Below are positions 24,346 through 35,753 of a stretch of 64,000 nt of DNA, piece by piece. The notes below the pieces were generated by a model that was not told the origin of the DNA, did no database searches, and saw only the letters and a list, made by a program, of their open reading frames with translations. Position numbers and translations under genes: made by a program. Position 1 is the first letter of the stretch, and each line of letters opens with the position of its first letter. This DNA comes from Macrostomum lignano (Eukaryota), in assembly GCA_002269645.1 (NCBI GenBank), contig NIVC01000176.1, positions 496,001 through 560,000 on the forward strand, in the 5' to 3' direction.

Positions 24346-25935
24346 TCAGTTGAAAAACTTATATAAGAATGCTGATTCATCTTGATCTGTTGCCGGTTGC
24401 CAGCCAGCGGCAGAGAGCACCTGATCGGTGTTCATAGGCAGCAAGTTCACACGCCAACAGCCCCTAGCGGACGCTAGCTGCTCAAGCCTAAGCCGTTGAG
24501 CTTTAAAAGCGGCTCGAGTTGGACTTGGCGGTGACGGAAACTGCAGCTGTTGCACCGACGGACTTTGGCGTCTGTTACGCCGTTTTCTATTAACTTGACG
24601 CGGTCGCTTGTTGCCAACGTGAGTAGACATTTTATCGAGTTTGTCTCTCGATAAACTAACATCCGAGTCAGTTCTGCTCCTGCTACGCAATCGCCTACTC
24701 TTCGCCTCTTCTTCAATCGCCAAGCCACCGATCGAGCCAGCACTAGGCTGTTGTTTGTCAATTGACGTTGGCTTGTTGCCAACGTCAGTACCAGACAAAC
24801 TCAACCGGTCTCTCGATAAACTAACATCGGAGTCGGTTCTGCTCCTGCTGTTGCTACGCAATCGCCTACTGTTAGTCTGTAGATCCGGCTGTTCAGCTTC
24901 AATCACCCTGCTACTGTTCGAGCGAGCACTAGGCTGTTGTTCGTCAATCCTAGTCAGTGCAACGCTACAGCTCGGTAGTTGAAGTCGATTCAAAACAACG
25001 CTACACGACGGGAACGCTTCAACTGGCAGGCGTTCCAGCACAACGCTGCAATCTTTAATCTGCGGCGCTGCTTTAATCGGCTGCTTGGATTGTTTAAGAA
25101 GCTGTCGCCGTTTCAAAGCTTGACAATCTTTAATAATTTTGGTGAGTTTCTTTTCACGCCTAGCTCGAAGCACTCGCGACTTGCAGCCCTGATAGGACCA
25201 GAAATGACAATAGCGACTGCTCAGCCGCAGCCGGTCTATTCGGCTTGATCCGCTATACCCAGTGGCCGGAATTCGACCAGTAGGAAATCGACTGCCAGGA
25301 GCGGCGGCGCAGAACTTTTCATAGCCGTGCGGATCGACAATCTGCCTGGGGAACAGGCCGGGCACGCGGCAGCCAAATTCGCTGGTGACGCCAACCCGAC
25401 TAACGGCCAGCATTGGCTGCCAAAACAGCTCGCTGTCCGGACTAATGCAAGCCGATTCGATACTGTCCCGGTCGCCACACCGCCTGTTCAACAGATCCCC
25501 ACTGTCAATGTCTACTGTGCTAAGCCTGTCAGGCTGCTGCACGCTGCGAAGGTTTAATCCGGCATTGAATAGACTGCGCTCCTGACTGATCGGCGGCAAC
25601 AAAGGCCTTGGTGGAGAACAGACGCTGCGGCAGCAAACAAGAAAATGCTGCACAAGCTCCTGTTTGCTCAGAAAATTTTCTGCGCACAAACCGCAAGGAT
25701 AAATATCTGGGATAGCATGTAGCTGTTTCTGCTTCTGAAGCAGCATAATCTGTTCGCACTCTTCTTTTACTTCTCTGGGCAAAGGCAGAGGTGACATTGG
25801 CGCAACTGTCTGTTTCTGTTGCTGCTGCTTCTGGGGAGATTCAGTATATGGCTGCATTGGCCGCGCAGTCTGCTTGTGGTTGTTAATCAGGCGCAGCGCT
25901 TCTTGTTGCTGCACTGATGAATTTCTTGGCTTCAT
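24346..25935 (-). CDS. Intronless 529-aa putative nuclear protein: C2HC zinc finger, three CSVxL motifs, duplicated RS-rich basic segment
   Basis: Open 1.6-kb non-repetitive ORF. CGLC-x12-HFLVC fits a CX2CX12HX3C finger. It also contains DCSVVLERL/SCSVVLNRL/SCSVALTRI, RRLRS...RTDSDVSLSRD twice, and the NLS-like KRPRQVNRKRRNRR. Confidence 0.75.
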   Translation of the reverse strand: MKPRNSSVQQQEALRLINNHKQTARPMQPYTESPQKQQQQKQTVAPMSPLPLPREVKEECEQIMLLQKQKQLHAIPDIYPCGLCAENFLSKQELVQHFLVCCRSVCSPPRPLLPPISQERSLFNAGLNLRSVQQPDRLSTVDIDSGDLLNRRCGDRDSIESACISPDSELFWQPMLAVSRVGVTSEFGCRVPGLFPRQIVDPHGYEKFCAAAPGSRFPTGRIPATGYSGSSRIDRLRLSSRYCHFWSYQGCKSRVLRARREKKLTKIIKDCQALKRRQLLKQSKQPIKAAPQIKDCSVVLERLPVEAFPSCSVVLNRLQLPSCSVALTRIDEQQPSARSNSSRVIEAEQPDLQTNSRRLRSNSRSRTDSDVSLSRDRLSLSGTDVGNKPTSIDKQQPSAGSIGGLAIEEEAKSRRLRSRSRTDSDVSLSRDKLDKMSTHVGNKRPRQVNRKRRNRRQSPSVQQLQFPSPPSPTRAAFKAQRLRLEQLASARGCWRVNLLPMNTDQVLSAAGWQPATDQDESAFLYKFFN

Positions 25936-26117
25936 TTTTATGATGTTTTTTACAAGAAACCAGAGTCATAAAATGATAAATTATGCCAGGTGTTAAAAAT
26001 ACATTTCTTTCATATTAAGTAATTAATAATAATTTAAATAAGGTATTTTTGATTGGATTTTATTTTACTTTACAATAATGTCTGTCTGACTCGTTATTAA
26101 ATCTTAAGAGTTTATAA

Positions 26118-27033
26118 CAGGGGTCGGCAAACTTTTTTACCTCAAGGTCCAGATAGAGAACCTAGAGCAAGGGTCAGCAAACTTTTTTTCCTCAAGGTCC
26201 AGATAGAGAACCTAGAGCATGGGGTCAGCAAACCTTTTTACCTCAAGGACCAGATAGAGGACCTAGAGCATGGGGTCAGCAAACTTTTTTACCTCAAGGA
26301 CCAGATAGAGAACCTAGAGCATGGGGTCAGCAAACTTTTTTACCTCAAGGACCAGATAGAGGACCTAGAGCATGGGGTCAGCAAACTTTTTTACCTCAAG
26401 GACCAGATAGAGAACCTAGAGCATGGGGTCAGCAAACTTTTTTTACCTCCAAGACCAGATAGAAAACCTAGAGCATGGGGTCAGCAAACTTTTTTTACCT
26501 CCAAGACCAGATAGAAAACCTAGAGCATGGGGTCAGCAAACTTTTTTTACCTCCAAGACCAGATAGAGAACCTAGAGCATGGGGTCAGCAAACTTTTTTA
26601 CCTCAAGGACCAGATAGAGAACCTAGAGCATGGGGTCAGCAAACTTTTTTTACCTCCAAGACCAGATAGAAAACCTAGAGCATGGGGTCTGCAAACTTTT
26701 TTACCTCAAGGACCAGATAGAAAACCTAGAGCATGGGGTCTGCAAACTTTTTTTACCTTAAGGACCAGTTAGAGAACCTAGAGCAGAGGAAAGAGAATAA
26801 AGGAAAAAGAAAAGAGAAATATAATATGTGAGAGAGAATAAAAGAAAAAAATTAAAAGGAAAAAAAAACAGAAAATAAAAAATATGAGAGAAAAAAGAAA
26901 ATAAAAAAGAAAAGAGAAAAAGAAGAGAGATAAAAAGGTAAAAAAGAATAAAGTAAAATAAAAAAGAGGCTAGTGCCAAAAGCCAAAAGCTAGAACAAGG
27001 CCAGAGACTAGGGACAAGAGTTTGCCAACAATG
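26118..27033. mobile_element. hAT-like MITE whose left terminus is tandemly amplified (~13 x ~51 bp, 26118-26785), followed by a purine-rich tract
   Basis: Starts CAGGGGTCGGCAAACTTTTT. Unit is GGGGTCAGCAAACTTTTTTACCTCAAGGACCAGATAGAGAACCTAGAGCAT. A degenerate right end AGTTTGCCAACAATG ends at 27033. Confidence 0.7.
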
Positions 27034-27549
27034 CTTTAGATAAAGTATAGACTAGACATTGTCTATCATTAGACTTACATAGGGACCTATCAAAAATATA
27101 GGCAATAGGGCCAGGGGAAATAAAGAGATAGGCTATATCTCTCTTATAAAGGGCTAGGCCTATGGGGTCTAGTATAAGGGTATGAAAAAATTAATATAGG
27201 CCCTATAAAAAAATCAAAGTTAATAAATAGTCTTGAATCTAAAAGATAGGCCTACTATTCTAAAAGATGTACATTTTGCCCCTAGACCATTTTGCCCATA
27301 GTCCATTTCACCTATAAACTAGTTTGGCAATGGGTGTTTGGTAAGACAATAGGCCTAAAGTGTCTAGGAGCCCTTAAATATCATCATGTTTCAAACTCAA
27401 ATCCTAAAAGGAATCTTGAGTCTTGGCCTTTCATTCAGCTCAAGTTAAGATTTGAATTTTAGGCCCAATCGACCTCTTGTTTGTTATCCTAATTTGACAT
27501 TGCACATTGTCTTAGACTTAGGCTTAGGCATATGCCTAGCTCTAACAGC

Positions 27550-27855
27550 TTCTAGTTAATTTGGCAACAAGTCAGTTTAGCGACAGCCAATATGGCGAAT
27601 GCTACGAAATCTACAAAACTAGAAAACGAAATTTAACATATTGCCATTTGTCCTTGCCACGTTTTCAAAAAGGTTACATGTACACTTGGCCTACAAGTCA
27701 CATTTTGACGCATTAATTATTTATTAGAGAAGTATGCATGGCATATCATATTTAATTCACAATTATTTTTAATTGCCAAACTTACTGTCCCCAAATTGAC
27801 TTGTTGCCAAATCGGCTGTCGCCAAGTCAACCTATCGCCCAATTAACTGGTTCCC
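27550..27855. mobile_element. Degenerate inverted-repeat element
   Basis: TTGGCAACAAGTCA and GCGACAGCC at ~27560-27590 are mirrored by TGACTTGTTGCCAA and GGCTGTCGC at ~27797-27822. Confidence 0.4.
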
Positions 27856-28105
27856 GCTCTAACTCTAACTAACCCCAATTGATTCTTACTACTAATATTC
27901 TATAGTACTAGGATTAAGAAGGCCCTAGGCTAACTCAAGTTACAATACAATATACCTATAGCTTATTTAATATATAAATATACAATATAACTTAAGCTAT
28001 ATAGGCCTAGCTTATACTAGCTTTTTTGCTGAATTGATTTAAATTGCATTATAATATTATATTAGTCCCTAAGTAACGTCTTAAATCTCTTGATATTGAT
28101 ACTAA

Positions 28106-28364
28106 GGGCCTTTTCATATTACAAATTCCAGAACCAGAATCGGTTCGGAATTCCAAGAAAAACAGCAGTATAACTATTAAACTCTGTTAATATTTGACTG
28201 CCTTAACAACCTAACTTAGCACAATTTTCACTTTTTTCTTGGCGATTGTCATTCAATAATAAAAACTTTATAGCACGTATCTCCCTCTAGTTATGGAGAC
28301 AAAAAGTTATACTTCACAAATTGGTTCTGGTTCTGGAACCAGAGCAAGCAATATGAAAAGGCCC
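28106..28364. mobile_element. PIF/Harbinger-type MITE (259 bp)
   Basis: Perfect 15-bp TIR GGGCCTTTTCATATT/AATATGAAAAGGCCC, TAA on both sides, and subterminal inverted TTCCAGAACCAGAA. Confidence 0.85.
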
Positions 28365-31300
28365 TAAGTTATGCCAAAGACTAAAACAAAGACTAAGATG
28401 AGTAGGCCCTAGTACTTATATTTGTAAGACAGTAGCCTAGGTCGAAAGATATAGAATTTTAGGCCTACTAATGGCTAAATTTACTTTAGCTTTGATTACT
28501 TTTTAGGGCCGTGAGATTAAAAGTCCAGCAGAAATTTAATATCATTAAAATTTTAAAACTATAAAACATCTAAATTCAATAATTTGCTTGGCCATAAGTA
28601 CTTCAAGGATGCAATTTTTTTCTGACGTAAAACTCAAGAATAAATGTTGGATAAATGGTGCAAGTCCGGATCATGTTACGTGTTTTACAACTTTAAAATA
28701 ACAAAACAGTACTTTAGAAAAAAGCGGATTTTATCAATAAAAACTAAAAAACTTACTATATGAAATATTTTTTATCAAAAAGCTGCACTATTTTTCAGGT
28801 GAGTTGTCACAAATTTATTTTCAAACAGGTTGAATTTTCTTTTTTGTAGATCCATGGTACGTGGAGTATATGATGGAGTTTACGACTACTAACTTAGGCC
28901 CTAGTTATTGATAAGCGTGTGGATTTTCGACACTCAAAACATTTTGCTGAAAAAGCGTCTTTTGAGTGAAAGAAGCTTGTGTTTCCTAATAATTTTTTGC
29001 TAACTGAGCTATAAAAATTTAAGCAAGTAACACCAGTCAGAAAAAGTCTCTGCCTGCCTCTCTAGCTTGCCTGACTTGATCTTTGGCTTTAAAGTCAGTT
29101 AGCCCAAGAAAAAGCACATTTACATTAGGCCTAGTAAAGTAAGTTAGCACTTTCATTATCTAGCATTTTCTTATAAGCATAACTTTAAAATTAAAGATCA
29201 AGAATGCAGTCACTAAGTCATACTATCTATTCCATTTGACTGTGAATAGCTCAAGCCAACATTGGCAAATGAATTTTCTGTGGTTAGGCCTAGCCTAGTG
29301 ACAGAAATCATTCCCACAGCATATGTCGATCAATGGGATGGCTATCTTGCCTAATGCCTATATGCCATACAGATAAATAGAAAATTATTCCCATAGTATC
29401 TTAGCCCTAGGAATAAAATTGAAAGATAAAGGTGCCAATCATTTCTGTGACAAGTCATTTCAAAAACAGACATTTCAGTGACAAATTGTTGTTTTGGTGA
29501 CAAGTTACTTCTATGATAGACATACTTGACCTTTCTTTGATGAAAAATAAAATATTCAAGAAGTTTGTCAATTTAGTGATTAAAGGTGCTTCATAACATC
29601 ATAATGTTAGTTAGTAATTATTTTTGTTAAGATTTTTGTTTTGTATATATCTTCAAAATTCTGTCAAAATATGAAAATTTTAAAGAAAAATTAAAACTAA
29701 TAATATATCGTTTCATTTTTATGCAGATTGATTTATATTTTTCATAGAATATTCTTTAAGGTAAACCTAGATTAGAGGCTCTATGTTTATGAGGATCCTC
29801 ATAACAAAATGCCTACCACAAAAGAAAAGCAAGGTTTCGAAAAGGTTCAATAAATGTAAAAGATTGCAACCTTTAAATTAAAAGTATATAAACAAAATTA
29901 AGCAAATCTATTTTATCATGTTAGCAATCTAAAATTTTAGGCTTCATTTAATTAAGATTGATAATCTAATTTTATGCTTAAAAATACAATAGCTATCATT
30001 TAAAGGCCACACTCTAGATCATATGGTATATACCCAAAAATTTAGGCATGCATTGGCCTTGCATACTAAAAATTGTGCATAGTTGGCGTGCGTCACTCCT
30101 AAGAAAATAGTATGCATGCACACCTGGCATGTACTTTATAGAAGCATGCATAGGAGTTATTTTGAAGTAGAAAAAATGAATAAAGTTAATTTATAAGTAT
30201 ACATTTTAAGCTTTCTAGTTTCTTTAAGTACAAATTGTTGTGTGTATCAATTTTTAGCCATAAATAGTGTCACCAAAAAGCATAAAAATGAACCAAATTA
30301 TTTGCTAATAGGGGTCTATTATACAATTCACAAAAGGTCAATTATTGTTATAATACTAGCATATTTTGAAAATAGGCATGCATTAAATTTTTTGGTATGT
30401 AATTATTCACTTTTTGTTTGGCATGTACCCAGCATGATCCAGACTATGGCCTAAAGGGTTTTTTATTACCAAAGTGATTTACTTGTCATTGAAATGATTA
30501 TTGCCAAAACAAAGTTTAATATTTTGGTCAAAGTATCGATAAATTCAAATTTAACCTTTAAAATGCAAATTAAAACTCAATCAAATGCTCAATGCTCTAT
30601 TTGGCATCAAGTCCAAAGTAAATTGTTGGGCTCTAATAAAATTGATGACCCCAAAATGACTATTACCAAACTGCCACCATTTAGACTACAGTAAGTATAT
30701 TATTTTATAGTATATCTAATAGTTGTGATAATAATCATAGTCTGTCACTGAAGCAACCAGTTTCCCTTTGGTATAGTCTATAAAAATATGACTTAAGACC
30801 TTTGGCTAAGATGCTAATCTTTTCAATGACAATAATAAGCTTTTCTTTTTTGCAAAATAAATCTATTATACTTGCATTGTAGTTATAGACTAGTAGCATG
30901 ATATCAAAACTTTTAGGCTTTGGGCAATTGTATTTTGCATTTATTTGATTTCTATATCTTGTTTTCCTTTAGGTGCAGGTTGTTTTAATGATAAGTCTTT
31001 ATTTTGTAGAAGGTTTTTTATAGTCTAGGATACAAAATCTAATTTAGTTCTAGGGTAAATAGACTTTATTAAGGACCTTGTGTTGCCAATATGTATGCAA
31101 AAGGCAAACAAAAAATAAAGCAATTGCAATGCTATTATGTTCAAAAAGTAAATATAAAGTAAAAACAGTTTATCTTTGAATTTTATTCAATTTATTTAAT
31201 AGCAATATTGCTAATAAATTTTATCAATCCACTTGATGAAATTCAAGTTGATCAAAATCAACTTTAATCATTATATCTATAAATTAGGATGTACAACCTT

Positions 31301-31823
31301 TGAAATTAAAAGAGCAGGTAAATGTAATACCTAGAGATTAAAGTTAAATTTTTTAATTTAATTTCTTTTTATCTATAATTAATATTTAGATATATATTTA
31401 CTATACTTAAAACATATTTATTTTACCTATCTATTTTGCTTAAAATATAAAACTAGTATATTTGACCCTTTAAAAAATTTATTTTAAAATTTACTATACC
31501 TATATATGTTTTAATTTACTAAAACATTGACATACTTAAACTAATGAGTTCTATTGATATGATAATTATGTAGTATAATTTATTAATGCTTGAATAAATA
31601 AAGCAACAATTTAATTGAGAAATTAATATCAATGTGTATATACTTTTCTTGCAATATTGTAAAGATTTTTAATTTTAAATTTAAAGTATTTTAGAGTTTT
31701 TTAGATTGACAATAGCTAATAGTTGAATTTTTTAGTCAAAGATTTAAAGACTAATATTAATATTTTATTTTATTCATTTTAGGCAAACCAAGATGGCTGA
31801 TATTTTTCTGAAATTTAGAATTT

Positions 31824-32895
31824 GGTAAGTCATAGAAGGGTAAGTAAGTATTGGTCAATGTGGTAAGTAGACAACATAGTAGTAAATATAAATTATTATA
31901 ACTACAAGTTAGTTTTAGTAAATAGAAATCTGTCTATTAGGTTTTGATTTATGAAAGTTTTTAAGCAAGTTTTTTTAAGAACTAAAGATGATTTAAATAC
32001 AACTATCCAGAACTTATTGAACATCAGATTCTTTAGTTAATAGGTCCTTTTAGATTTTAAACATGAAGCTCAATAAAGGATAACTTTTAGTGCATGAATA
32101 ATAAGTCATCAATTTATGTACCCTTAAGCACAAAAAATAGTAAATGATAATAGTCAAAATTTGATAATAAATATATGTGAAATTTATCAGTCATCAGAAA
32201 ATAATGTATCATATATTAGTAAACAATTTCTGTTTAATATATTATGTTGTTATTCAAATTGATCATTGTTAAACTTGGGTGGTAAGTATTAACTAATGAA
32301 TATATATGGTAAGTAGGTAAGTAGATCTGGGCTTGCTATGCAATTGTTAATAACAATCAATTTTTAAGTATGTGATCAGTTAAAATGGTAGGACATTATG
32401 GAATATTGCCTTTTCCAAGTATGGAATCTAAATGTAAGTTACTATGAGGGGCATTCCAAAAGTCTTTTATTTTGATTTTTTACCTCTTAACTAGGTAAAT
32501 ACTGTCACGAACTAAAGTTCAGAGAATATTTTAGATAACATTTTACTGTCTTTACCTTGTCAAGAGTTAGAAATCCATACCAAGGACTTTATTATGGGCT
32601 TCATGTTTAGCTTGTATTCCTATATGTGCATAGCAGATGCCATTTTTGTCCAACTAAGATAATATTCGGTTGAAGGAGCAGCACTAAAGCCAGCTTAATC
32701 CTGCCCTATGGTCCCTCTGTCACCCCCAACAATTCAACTTACAGGTAAGTACAGGTGCAGCAGAACAAAGGTAAAAAAGCGCATACAATTAGCTTTTTAC
32801 AAAATCTGCCCGACCGTAGGCCAAGTTAAGATAAGTAAGACAGTCGGAAGGGACTCTCGGTGAGACACCCGGCACTGTTGCCTTGCCTGGTAAGT
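31824..32895 (+). promoter_or_regulatory. Cluster of eight perfect 5' splice-site/U1-binding motifs (GGTAAGT) upstream of U1-70K
   Basis: GGTAAGT starts at 31824, 31839, 31862, 32281, 32308, 32316, 32744 and 32889. The motifs are directly seen; their function is inferred. Confidence 0.55.
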
Positions 32896-32950
32896 GGCAG
32901 TCGGTCTTCTAAATCGGAATCATTCTGAGACTCAACACGGCACTGTTAGT

Positions 32951-35753
32951 ATGACGCAATACCTGCCGCCTAACCTGCTGGCCCTGTTTGCTCCGCGCGA
33001 TCCGCTGAACTACCTGCCACCATTGGACCGGCCGCAGCATTACCGAACCCTGCCCTACACTGGCGTTGCCCAGTTCCTTGGCGAATTCGAAGATCCCAAG
33101 GATACGCCGGTGGTTGCTAAAGTTGAGAGTCGCGATGAAAGACGCGAACGCCGCAATAAAGAGCGCCAGGAGCAGGCGGCTTATAAACTTGAGCAGGTGA
33201 GCAATTATTAATAAGTTTTTTCTGGCGTTTTCTATTGAATTTTAAATTTACCTTTAACTAATGCGGACTCCCCCCAGAATGTCGATTCTAACGCTTAATA
33301 TTATAACTCTGGTTGAAGTGCACTCTGCAAAAATACTGCAATTACTTCAGTCTGACCTTTCTCAGACTGAAAGGTCGGGGGTTCGATTCTCGACTCACTC
33401 GGAAAAATTTGTGTCCTTGAGCAAGACAGGCAATTCTGCATTGCTTCAGTTCACCCAAGCTGTAAAATGGGTGCCAGCATTAGCTGGGGTAATTGAAGGT
33501 GTGTGTGTGTGTGTGTGGCGACCCCCCAGTCCTTCGACTGAACAGCCGTACGCAGCCTTCAGATGCGCCTCACAATAGCTGCGGCTAAGCTGTCGGTTGC
33601 ACATCTGGCCCAATTGGGGCAGGTGAAATCAATTATTATCATTATTGTCTGTCAAACTTTTTTTCTACTATTAGTAGTAAAACTGCTACAAAAATCCGCA
33701 TACAAATCAATTTCAGGACCTGGCCATGTGGGATCCGCACGATAATCCCAACGCTACTAGCGATCCGTTTAATACGCTATTCGTTGCTAGAATTGATTAC
33801 GACACCACTGAGGCTAAGCTGCGTCGCGAGTTCGAGACCTATGGTCCAATTAGAACTGTCCGAATCGTGCATGATAAGCGAAATGGTGAGTTTTTGGGGT
33901 TGTTGTTTTGCTCTTAAGGCTAAAATATGAGATTTAAGATCCAAGAGTCAGTGATTGGAATTCATTGAGATTGAGATAACAGTGAGACCATGGCTCAGTG
34001 ATTGAGATGGGATATCACAGAGACCATGGCTCAGTGATTGAGATGGGATATCACAGAGACCATGGCTCAGTGATTGAGATAGGATATCACAGAGACCATG
34101 GCTCAGTGATTGAGATAGGATATCACAGAGACCATGGCTCAGGGATTGAGATGGGATATCACAGAGACCATGGCTCAGTGATTGAGATGGGATATCACAG
34201 AGACCATGGCTCAGTGATTGAGATGGGATATCACAGAGACCATGGCTCAGGGATTGAGATGGGATATCACAGAGACCATGGCTCAGGGATTGAGATGGGA
34301 TATCACAGAGACCATGGCTCAGTGATTGAGATGGGATATCACAGAGACCATGGCTCAGTGATTGAGATGGGATATCACAGAGACCATGGCTCAGTGATTG
34401 AGATAGGATATCACAGAGACCATGGCTCAGGGATTGAGATGGGATATCACAGAGACCATGGCTCAGGGATTGAGATGGGATATCACAGAGACCATGGCTC
34501 AGTGATTGAGATGGGATATCACAGAGACCATGGCTCAGTGATTGAGATGGGATATCACAGAGACCATGGCTCAGTGATTGAGATGGGATATCACAGAGAC
34601 CATGGCTCAGTGATTGAGATGGGATATCACAGAGACCATGGCTCAGTGATTGAGATGGGATATCACAGAGACCATGGCTCAGTGATTGAGATGGGATATC
34701 ACAGAGACCAACGCTCAGTGATTGAGATGGGATATCACAGAGACCAACGCTCAGTGATTGAGATAACAGTGAGACCATGGCTCAGGGATTGAGATGGGAT
34801 ATCACAGAGACCAACGCTCAGTGATTGAGATAACAGTGAGACCATGGCTCAGGTATTGAGATGGGATATCACAAAGACATGGCTCAGTTATTGAGATGGG
34901 ATATCACAGAGACCAACGCTCAGGGATTGAGATAACAGTGAGACCATGGCTCAGTGATTGAGATAACAGTGAGACCATGGCTCAGGGATTGAGATGGGAT
35001 ATCACAGAGACCAACGCTCAGGGATTGAGATAACAGTGAGACCATGGCTCAGGGATTGAGATGGGATATCACAAAGACATGGCTCAGTTATTGAGATGGG
35101 ATATCACAGAGACCAACGCTCAGGGATTGAGATAACAGTGAGACCATGGCTCAGGGATTGAGATAACAGTGAGACCATGGCTCAGGGATTGAGATGGGAT
35201 ATCACAAAGACATGGCTCAGTGATTGAGATGGGATATCATTGAAACCCCCAGCTGATCCCCACCATCCCTACGCTCTCAGGGCGGCCCCGCGGCTACGCC
35301 TTCATCGAGTACGAGCACGACCGCGACATGCACACGGCTTACAAGCACGCCGAAGGCAAGAAAATCGACGGTCGCCGCGTCCTAGTCGACGCTGAGCGCG
35401 CCAGAACAATAAAAAATTGGCGCCCTCGCCGTCTCGGTGGCGGCCTGGGCTCGACTCGGCGCGGACCGCCCGAGCAGAATGCCCGCTCCGGCCGGGATCG
35501 ATCCCGGGACCGCGATCGGGACCGGGACCGGGATCGCAGCGCCAGACGGTCCAGATCCCGCGGTGGCGGTCGAGACCGGGACCGGGACAGGGACCGAGAT
35601 CGGGACCGCAACCGGGATCGTGACAGGAACCGGGACAGGGACCGAGACAGGGACAGGCGCGACCACCACCGGGGTCGGAACGCCGACCGGCACGGCCGGA
35701 GTCGATCTCGCGATCGTCGGAACGGCGACCCGACGCCCAGCCTTGACTATTGA
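32951..35753 (+). CDS. SNRNP70: U1 small nuclear ribonucleoprotein 70 kDa (295 aa)
   Basis: Exons 32951-33196, 33717-33885 and 35281-35753 (GT-AG, phases 0 and 1). Sequence includes [102 protein letters not shown] and an RD/RS tail. Confidence 0.97.
33365..33515 (+). mobile_element. tRNA-derived CORE-type SINE fragment in U1-70K intron 1
   Basis: B-box GGTTCGATTC, followed by TGTGTCCTTGAGCAAGAC...CTTCAGTTCACCCAAGCTGTAAAATGGG (CORE/MIR-like) and a (TG)n tail. Confidence 0.7.
33975..35240. repeat. 36-bp minisatellite (GAGATGGGATATCACAGAGACCATGGCTCAGTGATT) in U1-70K intron 2
   Basis: About 35 tandem copies, with shorter GAGATAACAGTGAGACC variants toward the 3' end. Confidence 0.98.
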
